Of a DNA stretch of 64,000 bases, positions 1 to 11,721 are shown piece by piece. The stretch is taken from contig QPMI01000649.1 of the NCBI GenBank assembly GCA_004431415.1, positions 1 through 64,000 on the forward strand. The letters run 5' to 3'. The notes under the pieces are model-generated. The model worked only from the letters and a program-made list of their open reading frames with translations. It was not told the DNA's origin and did no database searches. Numbering within the stretch: the stretch's first letter is position 1; each line of letters begins with the position of its first letter. A program made the translations under genes and the position numbers. This DNA is from Cyanophora paradoxa CCMP329 (Eukaryota; Plantae; Glaucophyta).

Positions 1-192
1 GTAGCTTGAAGGAAATGCGATTTCCAACATTTATTCTCAAAAGTATTGCTGGGATTCACAACAACTAGAACTGGCTTAGACTTGGATTCGAGACCAAGCA
101 TAAGGGAGTTATCCAGGAAAAAGGCTTTCGCCTCCTCTGGGTTGTTAGGGCTTCTTCAGCGAAAGTCTTTGAAGAGTGGAAGTGATATCCAT
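1..192 (-). CDS. 5' fragment of a hypothetical viral gene running off the window (frameshifted)
   Basis: ATG at 192 after an A-rich leader. MDITSTLQRLSLKK continues as NNPEEAKAFFLDNSLMLGLESKSKPVLVVVNPS after a 1-nt shift. Confidence 0.3.
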
Positions 193-244
193 TATATTCT
201 CTTTTATTATACTGCAACATAAAAAATCTACCAATGATCCTTAA

Positions 245-1249
245 TTTATGCGAAGTTTGTAATAACTGGATAGGAAGGGTGAAGCTGTGACATTCGCATC
301 TTAAAGTATTCATAAACTGGGTCCCAGCTGGCTCATCACCATAGCGAATTTCAAAGGTAAGATGAACAGGTTGACCCTCAAAATCAATTGGTTCATTAAC
401 AGCATTACAATATCAACCGAGAAAGTGGATAATCCAACCTTTTTTTATAGTATTTGTAAAGTGGATGAGCCTCTGTTGAATTGTAAACAACATGCTCACC
501 ATAATCTTTGTCAGGACCACTATTTTATGAAGTAACCAGTCAGAAGACCATCCCCACATTGCACCAGATCACCCAGCTCCTTTACTCTCACAAACAAAAC
601 ACTGTCCCTGGTCTTCTCAGGCTCAAAAGAAGATATAATGCCATTCACTCGACATCAGTAAAGATTCCATCAGTGAGAGCATCATAAACTTGGGATTTGA
701 TTGGGAATTCCCATATCTTCCAGGATCAAGACCAAGCAGTCTAGCTGAACTCAATAGCTTTTGGATTGTTTGTTGGCTTGGGTTTACAGCAAGTGAGAAA
801 GCCAGGTAAAAAGGCACTGCCGAGTGGAATATAATTCGTTTCAGTGACTCATCCCATTTGCAGCGAATGGATGGTTGGGGAGTTCTGCCAATGAATTTTG
901 AGTTGATTACATTCACCAGCTGTTGGTGGCTTTGGATGGGGGTCTCGCGATTTACCATGAATTGTTTCCATTGTTCAAAATCAGCAGCTGGGCGAGTTGT
1001 TGGAATTCCTGAGCTTCCAGCTCCTGGAGTTTGTTCCGAATAATAAATACTAAATGTGTTATCAACTGTGACATCTCCTGCTTTGGTTTCACCACTCACC
1101 ATAGGGATGCTGTTATAAAATTCGGCTGAGACCAGTCTCACAGCCCTCACATTCTCATAACTACTGGGGAGTCTAGCCACAAAGCTTGATGTGGGACCAT
1201 CACCAGAGATTGTATTAAATGAGCTAACCTCGATGTAATCCACAGGCAT
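245..1249 (-). CDS. Minor capsid (penton-like) protein 1, frameshifted
   Basis: N-terminal SSFVARLPSSYENVRAVRLVSAEFYNSIP, then in shifted frames VLFVRVKELG and C-terminal NEPIDFEGQPVHLTFEIRY. These match motifs typical of PLV/NCLDV minor capsid proteins. The 3' end is approximate. Confidence 0.6.
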
Positions 1250-1277
1250 TCTTCTTTATCTATATTTATATATTAAA

Positions 1278-2204
1278 ATGAACCGGCTCGTTAATATTGA
1301 TAGCAGGGATAGAAGCCAAGGACAAAATGAAAACTCTTACAGGGTCACCCTCACAACTCCAGTAGAGAGACCAAGGAATGCAGGGTTCTATATGCAGAGA
1401 TTCCAAACAGCATCTATAACAGTGTGGGAACTGATCATCTAACAGTTCAGTTTAATTACCAAGATGGTTCATATAACCAAGTGATCACACAACAAGTGTA
1501 TCCCCTTCCCAGTGGCTACATCAATCAGGGTCATTTTGGGTAACACACCCTTATAATTATGGGCTGAACTATTCAAGCTTCCAAACCATTGCAGGCAAAA
1601 CAGTAGCTTTTGAGTTCAAGATATTCTATAACCCAACTACCTATAAAGTGGAGTTTTACAGCAACCATGAGTTTCGTTTTATTGCAAGCAACCAGAGAAT
1701 AGGAAGCTTTTGGGTGTGAGTTCTACTGAATACACCAATGGGTATTATAGCACTCCTCCTGTTGGTGGATCACCCTATCGACCTGAGAACCTGTTAAAGT
1801 ATGATGGCAAACCTATTACACCTGATCACCCAGCATGGGAACCACCTTTTCAGGACCCAGACTCTCATCTAAGCCCTTGCAATATTATTTGACAGCAGAA
1901 AGATGTCTGATATGAATGCTGAGCAGTATCTATACATGCACATTAAAGAGCTTGCCCCTTTTGCCAGCAGACACAATATAATTCCGAAATCGCAACCACA
2001 TAACCAGGGGCAATCCTTAGATTGCAATTGAGTAAGGATATAGGTGGCTATGTTTACCATAGTGGTGAACATGCAGAATTCATTCAGATAAATGACAGAA
2101 ACCTGGTGATAAGGGAACTCACAGTTGAGTTTAAAGATTACTTTGGTGAACTGATTGATATGAATGGAATCGATAATTCTTTTCAGTTGGAGTTTATCGA
2201 ATAA
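1278..2204 (+). CDS. Minor capsid (penton-like) protein 2, multiple frameshifts
   Basis: MNRLVNIDSRDRSQGQNENSYRVTL, then VLYAEIPNSIYN in a shifted frame, YLYMHIKEL, and C-terminal LTVEFKDYFGELIDMNGIDNSFQLEF. The IDSRDR, AEIPNS and IDxNGxxxSFxLE motifs are present. Confidence 0.65.
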
Positions 2205-3745
2205 AGGCACCTGTAAAGTCAACTCTCATTGTGGGAGCATTCACATACACAAGGGGATAAATGCGAATATATTTAATTCTGAGAGAAAAACCTATGTAAA
2301 AAGCATCCTTGATGCTGAGAGGAAATCCACTCAATAGAGCCACATCACCTGAGTTGTGAGCATTGTTAATGTTCTCACAGACATATATTTTGTTTTGCCA
2401 TCTGATCGAATAAAAGACCAGTTGATCCATCAGTGGATGTTGCCACATTGAAAGTCTTAATAAAAGCATTGGTGTCCCTGAACCATAGGCAATAACAGAG
2501 GAGAGTTCGAAAGTATATGGGAAAGCAACTTGAAGGTATTCAGTGGGGTTTCCCATATCTGCTCAGGAGCATAGGCTCCAGCTTCCCAGCCAAATGCTGA
2601 AGGTCTAGCCATGAAAGGCTCTTTACCTGTCACAGAGGATGAGGCAGTGAAGGCATCATCTGCAAGCTGATACAATTTGCATCCAAAGGAGGTGATGTAG
2701 TGAGAGTGGATGAGATGTAAGCCTTTGTAGGGTTCTTTAATTCATAGTTTGCTACTAGAATGCTGCAAAGCTTATTAATCATATCATTGTTTGCTGCTAT
2801 GTATGTTTCAGTGAATGCTAGCATATCTGGGATCTTAGAAGTGTCATCAAGGGAGCTTACTATGTGATTTGGAAGTGGGACTGATAGCCTATAGTATCTA
2901 CCATAATCTTGATCATAGTTGTAGGGTAACAACTCCTCCATCTTATCAAGGGCAGAAAGCTCACTTGCAGCCATGAGCATGTTAATCAATGGGCTTCCAT
3001 CTGTTGAGGCAATCCATGAGAGAATTCCCCAGCTGTTCACAGTCTCATAAGCATAACCCACATAATCAGACTCTAAATGTGGGTCCACCTCACCACAAGA
3101 GATACTTATTACTATTATATCATCATCATCACTGTAAATCTTCTTTGCATGGCTGTAACCACACACACTGGGATTATTGTTTCCCGAAATGGCACCATCA
3201 ATGAGACAGACAAATACTCCCCGATTGAAATCAACAATGCTTACAGGAGAGAAATATGTAGGAGCAGCAGAAGTAGCCCTAGCAGCAATCTTACAAGGCA
3301 TAAAGTTGTAGTTGTTGTCATTTGTGATAAATATTGGTTTCATATTCTGAGTATCAAAGGATGTAATCACAATGTCCTTTAGGGAATCCTGTATTAGTGA
3401 TTCACCAGTAACTGAATTAATTGCAGTCTCCAAGGGTCCCACATCATATTTTGTATTAAAAAGGGCATTTTCGATGATATTTCGAGGATTTGCGAAAATC
3501 AAGGGCAGTTGAGTTAGGTAAATATTGTGTAAATCGTTTGCTGTCAGTTTAGGTTCACCTGGTTTATCAGGATGCCTGATATTCAAACCTATTGCAATGA
3601 TCCCACCAGTGGAAGTTCCACTTACAAGATCCACAAGATCGATTACTCTTCTGCCAGTTCGATTTTCGATTTCTTTTAGCAGCCTGGTTATGATAATGCC
3701 CCTTGCACCCCCGCCAGAAAGACTTAAAACGACCTTGAGAGGCAT
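2194..3745 (-). CDS. Patatin-like phospholipase fused to a C-terminal discoidin (F5/8 type C) domain, frameshifted
   Basis: Patatin motifs LSLSGGGARG, GTSTG, ATSAAPTYF and IDGA. The 3' ORF pieces AFTASSS, EYLQVAF and KYIRIYPLVYVNAPTMRVDF follow the discoidin pattern. Confidence 0.8.
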
Positions 3746-3788
3746 CTTTTACTTATCAGGAATTTTATAAATCCATATAGTAAAAGCC

Positions 3789-6700
3789 ATGAGCTTCAAT
3801 TACCCACCAAATCTAGAAACCATTCAAGATGATAATGCAAGCAGCACCAAGCATGTGAACTTTGATAATATTAAAGTAAAGGGTTCAGTTTCAATTGACC
3901 ACAGCTCTGATAATTCATCAAAGACTCAATCAAGGGAGCATGCTTTATCTGTGAATCAAACCGATCCAGATAAGGAGGAAGTCAGTGTAGCTTTTAGCTT
4001 GGGTAATGTGAAAGCAAACCAAGTGGCAGAGATCAAAGCAACAAGAAGGAGACCTAGGAAACTAAAAACCAGTGGCACTCATCCAGATATACCTTCCAGG
4101 TTTGATAGTGGTCGTTTGGTTTTCAATGTTCAAGATGAGCAGGGCAAACAGAACACAGCTTTGCGAATTTACAATGAGGGCAGTACTGCAAAAGCTGAGG
4201 TCCCCCAAGTATTGCAAGTGGGTCCCATTGCCAACACAAATCAGGTCTCCTACACAAATGATGTATACCCCAAGGATATTACATATGACTTTGCGAGGAA
4301 TGAGCCTTTTGGGTTTTTTACTCCAAAAGATGTCCATCAAAAAAAGCCATCAATTACAATCAACAGTAGCCCCAGTCAACCAGTAGCAATCCATTTACAC
4401 CCTGATTTAGTCGAAATGGATAGGCACCTTTTGCCTTTGTATAGCAATGTGAAAGACCTTGGAATTCGAACCAGGCAATGGCGAAATATCCATGGCAGCA
4501 ATGTGTATGCAAATGGGAGAAACTTGTGAGTGAGAAAACTCTAAGGGAAATAATCGAGCATTATGGTCCCAATGGACCAACAGTCCCATTCCCTATTCCA
4601 TTTCCAAATGGACCTCCCGATTTAACACCAAAGAAACAGCCTGGAAGAGAATACACAGCAACTGAAGATGTAGCCTTTGGGCAGCATATTGTTAGTTGGG
4701 AGCAAGTTCGCAATAAACCTATAATTGAACCCAGAAAGCAAATAGATGAGCAGTATTTACCTCCTGAAGTCGATATATTAGAGCTTGATGAATATCAATT
4801 CGTTCCAGATGAGGAAGAATATTTACCAGATGGTTTTGACCCACAAGAATATGAATATGATCAGTTTGACCCCAATGAGGAGGAGATACTACCAGATGGC
4901 TTAGATCCTCAAGAGTTTGAGTATGAGCAGAACTATGAACCTGATGAGGAGTATTTACCAGATGGTCATGATCCACCAGCTGTTGACTATGAGCAACCTT
5001 ATGAACCCCATGAGGAATTATTACCAGATGGATTTCGACCTGAGATCTGGGAGTTCTTTCCTGATTATGAACAAATTAATAATAAACCTGCAAAGTATCC
5101 CCCAGAGGATCACAATCATGATTGGGATGAGATCTTAGGCAAACCTCAAAAGTATCCACCAGAGGATCACAGGCATGATTGGGGAGAAATTGATGGGATA
5201 CCTACTGAGTTCCCACCAAGCAAACATGAACATACTTGGGATGAGATCAATGACCAACCAGAATTCGCAAAGGTAGAGCCTCTTGATAACTTGGGGGTTT
5301 CTCTTTATCAGACTTGTAATGTCCCAGAAAGGATCTTTTTGAATGAACACTATGTTCATGTGAATGGGACACTTGCTAATTCAGCTATGAGAGGACCACT
5401 TCATATTAGGACATTACCAGGCTCTTATAATCCACCACCTGAACCAGGAGCAACCATACCAAATATCTTTGTGTCAAGCTACATGGAGGCTGACATTCCC
5501 ACAGATACATTCAGAGTCCCAACAGACCCAGCAACCTACCAAAATTACAACTCTGCTATACAGGTTCATGTAGCAGATGTAAGCAGTTTAGATGGCTCAA
5601 GACCAATGATAGTATTCAGCAGAGATAAATATTCCTACATTCCCATAGTGGGAACTGCAAATGATAATTATGGGAGAGCAGAGCTTGCATGGATTAAAAC
5701 CAACTATGGTGGGGTTCTGGAATCCAATCAGAGGATGGCTGCAAAAAACATACACAACGAAAATATTTCGAGAGTGGTCACAGAGGATTATTTAGAAGAT
5801 CAAGGATATATTGATGAAGGTGAACTCACAAATATTCTTTCTCTTTTTGTGATCAAAAATGACACAAACCTTACAGTCACAAGTAACATTTACACCAGTA
5901 ACCTTTATACAAGTAACATTTTCACAAGTAACCTGTGGGCAAGTAATATTTATGGAAGTAATCTAGAAGTCGACTATTTGACTGTGAATATTGAAGCGAA
6001 TCTACCAAATCATCCTACATCCAATGTAGTTTTAGGTTGGATCGATACCCACACCCACACAAAAGATGAAATAACAGATTTTGCACATGAGCATTTATGG
6101 GAGCATATAACAGATCCACCATTAACCTTCCCACCCAGTCCCCATGAGCATTTATGGGAACATATCACGAATCCACCATTAACCTTTCCACCTGATCCAC
6201 ACAGTCATGATTATTCCCAGATCACCAACTGCAATCACAGACACCCTTGGAGTGAAATCGATCAACAACCAGTGTTTGCACAGTTGAATGCAATCGGAAA
6301 TGTTTTTAATGGAGTCACACTTTACCAATCGAGTAATACACCTGAAAGATTGTATTTGAATAATCATTATGTTAGTCTCAATGGGACTTTTACAGGTCAA
6401 ACAGGCACTCCAATGGAGGGAACTCTTGCAGTAAGATTACCCAGGGATCCAATCGTAAATGGAGTGTATAGTGGCGATTTCAATGTAGGAGTAAACGATA
6501 CTTTCCCCAGTATCTATGTTACGAATTATCACCCAGGAGAAATAGGACAAGTAGCGGATTTTTCAGCAGCTATTCAAATTAACGTAACAGATCAAAGCGC
6601 ATATGATGGAGCAAGACCTAAAATAGTATTCACAAGGGAGAAAGTTGTAAACTACCTTCCTGTAGCAGGACAACCCACAGATGATCATGGGAAATGTGAG

Positions 6701-9349
6701 ATTGCATGGATAAAAACGACATCAGGTGGAGCCTTAGAAGTCAATCAGAGGATGGCAGCAAAAAACTTACACAATACAACCCTTTCAGGTGTGGTCACAG
6801 ATGATTACCTAACCAATAAAGGGTATCTTACAACAGCAGATTTAAGCAGCTATGTAACAGAAAGTGAATTGGGAACGACTCTAAATAATTATACAACAGA
6901 TGCAGAGTTAACAGCAGCTCTAGGAAATTATTTACCTCTTACAGGTGGGACAGTTAATGGAACTGTAAACGCTACTAGTCTACAAATTGGTGGAAACACA
7001 ATTCCAAAAGGATATGATTTCGATCAATTAGATGTAGTATCAACAGATAGAAGCGCAAATAATTGGAATTTGAATTGGTCACCAAGAACAGGACAAACAG
7101 GATGTTATACAACACCACAAAATGATGAAGATTGTAGCGGTTGTTTTATGAGGTGGACTGTCCCCACAGGTATGAAATCATTTTATATTCAGCATATGCC
7201 TTGGTATAATGGCAGATATTTTGATATCTATGGTCAGACTCTCAATAACAATCAGCATTTCTTAAAACGTGTAAACGATTATCAAGGAATACAGTCAGTA
7301 AATCATGATGGGACAAATAATACTATCTTGTTTGTATCAATTAATTGCGAGTTTTACAAGTATATTTATGTTCAAGGTCGAAAAGGTCGCATTCATCTCA
7401 CAGGAGTTTTTGGTTGGAGTAGGCAGAGGGCAACAGATAATGATGTTGGTATGATCTCTTGGGATAATGTATTTAGTAAACCTGATTTTGCAGGCACTTA
7501 TGCAACAAAGGCAGAAGTCCCTAACGTTTTAGGTGATCTATTGACAGTGAACTCTGTGGACTGGCACAAATCAACAGATAATATTCCAAGGTTTTGGTTT
7601 GGTAGTGGTAATACAACATATATTCGAGGGTATGGGAATGGTGAAGGTGTTTCGATTGAATTTAGAAATTCAGGAGATACAGCCATTTTGAAGTCTTATG
7701 ACAATGGTAACCTTTGGGTAAATAATACCATAACAGCATCTACAATAAATGCTACTACAAATCTCCAAATAAATGGGAATGCTGTTCCAAAGCTACACTC
7801 CAACGATGGATATGTTGCAGGGAGTTCTCCACACAATTATTCTGGAAGTTGGACATTTGGGTATGGCTCAGCTTGGGAACCCTATTTTAATTATGGTGGG
7901 CATGCATACAATAATGAAGTGGATGACCAAACCTCTTCCGCTTGGATTGAATACAATATACCCGATGGATTACACACAGGGTCAGCATTTCTGACTCATT
8001 TACCATGGGGCAACACACGAATTTTCGAGATTTGGGGAATTAATCGACAAGGCAATGCGATTTTCATAACAACTGTCAACAATTATCACCCTTATGCAGG
8101 GTCTGCAAATGATAACCATAGTGGTGTGAATAATGTCCCCATCTTCCTAGGAAACCGATTTGTAAGGATTCGAATTCAAGCAAGAATTGGAAGGGTTCAC
8201 ATTATGGGTATTAGTTTCATGAAAATATGGGTTGGGCATAGCTATGGTGGTCACACTGGTTATATTCATTGGAATAATGTGTACAGTAAGCCAAATATAC
8301 CTACATCCTATCTATCATTAACAGATGTCACCAATTCGATTGGAAACATTACAGGTTTTGATACTTGGAGTGGACATGGTAGTTACAGTCTTTATTATGT
8401 TGGATCTTGGACAGGAGGTTGGGTTCCTTCTAACAGTAATCCCATTGATGGATTTTATAGCAACAATGTAGATGATCAAACAAGTTCAGATTATGCACAA
8501 ATTGAAGTCCCAGCCAATATGAAAACATGTCATGTTCAGTATATGTGTTGGACGAATTGTAGATATTTCGATATTGGAGGTTATCGAAATGGGAGGTGGC
8601 ACCACATTATGCGAGTTAATACATATCAAGCAGTTTCAAATAATGGAGATTCAGATTGGCATGATGGGTTAACATGGACTTCTTTCTTTTGTGATACATT
8701 TTCACATATTAGATTTGTTGCAAGGAAAGGGAGATGTCACATTGGAATGATTGGATGGACAAAAGAAAAAGGAAGAACAGCCCCAGCAAATGGTTTTATA
8801 AGTTGGGATAATGTATATAGTAAAGATGCTCGCACAACTTGGGCAACCGGAACTTGGATAACATCAGATGAAGGTAATGGGAGAGTTTTTTTCGGTTCAT
8901 CATCAACTACATACATTAAAGGTTATGGTTACGAAATGATCCATTTTAGAGCAGGAAATGATATAACAATGCAAGCTTTTTATAATAATGGTGACGTTTA
9001 CTTTTGGGGATGGCTTACACAAGGAAGTGATAGAAGATACAAAACCGACATTAAAAATATAACCGGCGCCCTTTCAGCAATTGAGAAATTACAGGGTGTG
9101 AGTTACAAAAAGATTGGTGATGGAAAACAGAAAGTAAACTTAGGTTTGATTGCGCAAGATGTCGAAAAAGTCATACCAGAAGTAGTAGGTAAAAATCACG
9201 AAAATTATTTGACCCTTGCATACACAGGTTTAATTCCGGTTCTCATTGAAGCAGTGAAGGAGTTATCCCAAAAATGCAAAGATTTAACACAAACCTGTGA
9301 GAATCTCCAAAGTCAAATAGACCAAATTAAAAATATCACAGTATTATAA
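3789..9349 (+). CDS. Large virion fibre/spike protein with C-terminal peptidase S74 intramolecular chaperone; probably one gene split by a 1-nt shift near 4517
   Basis: C-terminal SDRRYKTDIKNI...GLIAQDVEKVIPEVV...YTGLIPVLIEAVKEL. HxH-W-xx-I tail-fibre repeats, acidic EEEYLPDGxDP repeats and duplicated internal domains. Adding one G in the GGG run joins ORF 3789-4529 to ORF 4478-9349 (NGEKLVSEK). Confidence 0.8.
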
Positions 9350-9655
9350 ATGGCGACCTATCCTCTTGGTGGAACCACCTATTCTACTGAGCCTGTTGCA
9401 CTTTCTTTTGATACAATCACCCTTGTAAACGCATTACAAACAGTTGAAAAAACGATTCAGCAAACTAACAAGCTCTCACCAGTTGTAAATGAGTATAAAA
9501 ACCTCTTGGTTAATGTCCTTGCTCAAGCTGCATATGGTGACCCTGTTGCTAAATACAATGAGTGTGATAACAACATTAAAGCAATGACGTCCAACCTGCA
9601 AGTTCTTTCAACTGTTTACCAATCCCTTGGATCGAATTTAATCACTTTGGCTTGA
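9350..9655 (+). CDS. Hypothetical viral protein (101 aa, probably helical)
   Basis: Intact ORF whose ATG immediately follows the fibre stop (TAAATG). Confidence 0.7.
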   Translation: MATYPLGGTTYSTEPVALSFDTITLVNALQTVEKTIQQTNKLSPVVNEYKNLLVNVLAQAAYGDPVAKYNECDNNIKAMTSNLQVLSTVYQSLGSNLITLA

Positions 9656-9694
9656 TGGTAGTTTATTTTTCTTTCCTTCTTAGTAAAAGAAGCA

Positions 9695-10540
9695 ATGGGT
9701 GAATATAATCGAGTTCAACTTCCAATATATTCCCTTGGATCCCCTGCAATGCATTTTCGCCAGCATGAAGTAAATGATGAGGTTCGTGGTTTAGAATCCA
9801 CAGAGAGACCCAATTCCAATGGTAACTCCTTTGATAAAAATTCGATTATTCGAGTAAAAGAGCTGAGAGCTGATAAGAATTCAGGTGTGGTTAAAACAAC
9901 TCGACTTCTTGTCACAAATGCTAACTTTTTCCAGCCTACAAATGGAGGTCCTGATGCTTACAGTGTTGATCTGAAAGCCCTAGATTTCGATAAGAATACT
10001 GCTGCTGTTACTGTGAGATCAGGAGGAGCATTTATTGGGGGTGGCTGCAGAGTTTCAGGTCAACTCTCATCCTCAATTTCGTATAATGATGTCCCAGATA
10101 CTCTAGAGCAAAATGTGGAAGACCCCCAACGAATTCGATTATATACTCCTGTCGCACAGCAGCCATTAATTCAATTTTACATTGGATATACTGTTACTCT
10201 TGAAAACTCGGAATTAATTGAAGGAACCAAAAGAGTACTGAGAGGTCTTGCGATTCCATCTGCAATGCTTTCCCTTTGTAGAGCCAACAACAATCAAGTA
10301 GGTCATAAATACTATTTCAATGTTCAGGGATATAATCATTTCGGTTATGGCTACTGTGTTTATAATAATAATTTCACCTTTGACTTGTTTGTTACAGATA
10401 TTGGGTTATATACTATAACTCTTATCGGTTTGAGAACAGATATAGCCGCTGTATCAGCTCTTAGAGGTGTAACTCCTGATACTCTTTCAGTTACAGGGTT
10501 TTACATGGAGCCAGATGTAATTGATGAGCCAACCCCATAA
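9695..10540 (+). CDS. Hypothetical viral protein, paralogue A (probably structural)
   Basis: Intact 281-aa ORF sharing GLxSTE...ELRxDKNxGxVKTTxLLVTNANF...SGGAxIGxGxRVxG with the next ORF. Confidence 0.75.
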   Translation: MGEYNRVQLPIYSLGSPAMHFRQHEVNDEVRGLESTERPNSNGNSFDKNSIIRVKELRADKNSGVVKTTRLLVTNANFFQPTNGGPDAYSVDLKALDFDKNTAAVTVRSGGAFIGGGCRVSGQLSSSISYNDVPDTLEQNVEDPQRIRLYTPVAQQPLIQFYIGYTVTLENSELIEGTKRVLRGLAIPSAMLSLCRANNNQVGHKYYFNVQGYNHFGYGYCVYNNNFTFDLFVTDIGLYTITLIGLRTDIAAVSALRGVTPDTLSVTGFYMEPDVIDEPTP

Positions 10541-10563
10541 AAGATATATCCCTTTAATGTAAA

Positions 10564-11397
10564 ATGGCTGAGCAACCCCCACTTGAACGAATTATTACAC
10601 CACAGCTATCATTAGCTGCCCCAGCAAACCATGTTTTACAGCATGCTACCTTTGATGATGTAGAGGGTCTCCAATCCACAGAGGTCCAACCTACAATGAA
10701 TACATTTGGTTCCACCCATAAACTGAGATTACAGGAACTCAGATGTGATAAAAATAATGGAATAGTTAAGACAACTAAGCTACTTGTCACAAATGCAAAC
10801 TTTTCTGCTCATTATGGAGACCCAGATAGCTATGGAGATCCTCTGTCTACTTATTCTTTTGAATCTAGGTCGGGAGCTATTAACTGCAAATCGGGGGGAG
10901 CTTATATTGGTGATGGTCTTAGGGTTGGTGGGGCTGTTGGAGCGCCTTTATTTGTGAATGATCAACCCAATCCCATTGATCCCAACACAAGAATTCGAAC
11001 CTATGTCCCCAGCATGAATGCCCCATACATTATAAAGATATTCCCCATTGTTGTAAATCAACAAACAGCAGTAGTTGACTCTCTTGTTGAGATTGGTGAT
11101 CACTACAAGGTGGTTGTTGATATCCCACCAGATGTTTATGCTGTATGCCAAGTTGAAGGTGGAACTCCCAACTTTGCAGTTGTGATCACCCCATATGATA
11201 ATTTCGGAATTGCTTATCATGGAGTCAATTTCGGTTTGGAAGACTATCAGTTTCTGGTGAGAGCCACCAAGTTTGGTATCTACAAGTGTGTGATGTTTGC
11301 AGAGAGAACCGATTTTATTGCAAAGCAGAATACCTATGCTGAGTACTATGGCACTAATCGATATTTCCCCATTTTTGGGCAGGATACTGCTCCATAA
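10564..11397 (+). CDS. Hypothetical viral protein, paralogue B
   Basis: Intact 277-aa ORF whose N-terminal half is clearly homologous to 9695-10540. Confidence 0.75.
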   Translation: MAEQPPLERIITPQLSLAAPANHVLQHATFDDVEGLQSTEVQPTMNTFGSTHKLRLQELRCDKNNGIVKTTKLLVTNANFSAHYGDPDSYGDPLSTYSFESRSGAINCKSGGAYIGDGLRVGGAVGAPLFVNDQPNPIDPNTRIRTYVPSMNAPYIIKIFPIVVNQQTAVVDSLVEIGDHYKVVVDIPPDVYAVCQVEGGTPNFAVVITPYDNFGIAYHGVNFGLEDYQFLVRATKFGIYKCVMFAERTDFIAKQNTYAEYYGTNRYFPIFGQDTAP

Positions 11398-11419
11398 GAA
11401 TATTGGTTATATATAGAGT

Positions 11420-11692
11420 ATGGATAGTAAAACAAAAAAGTTTATTGATGCTGCTATGACAGTTCATGGTAAAGATAAATTCGATTACAGTGAGACACAT
11501 TACATCAAAGCTCAAGAGAAAGTATCTGTTAGATGTTTGCAGTGTAATAAGGTGATCCTTACCTATCCCTTTAATCATGTGAAGGGATCAGGTTGCAGGG
11601 AATGCAACAAAAAGCATTCTCAGGCTTATAGGAAAAGGGCTTCTGCATCAATCACAGTAGAGTACAGGGATATTTGCATTAGGTTCGATTAG
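11420..11692 (+). CDS. DUF723-like zinc-ribbon protein (endonuclease-associated DNA-binding module)
   Basis: FIDAAMTVHGKDKFDYS...Y...KVSVRCxxC...PxNHVKGSGCxxC pattern, common in phage and giant-virus proteins. Confidence 0.7.
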   Translation: MDSKTKKFIDAAMTVHGKDKFDYSETHYIKAQEKVSVRCLQCNKVILTYPFNHVKGSGCRECNKKHSQAYRKRASASITVEYRDICIRFD

Positions 11693-11721
11693 GTTTAATT
11701 AATTTTTCTAAGGTATTCTTA

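Noticed and set aside
4478-4529. Programmed frameshift between ORFs 3789-4529 and 4478-9349
   Set aside because: There is no clear slippery heptamer, and a 1-nt loss in a G run matches the other indels nearby.
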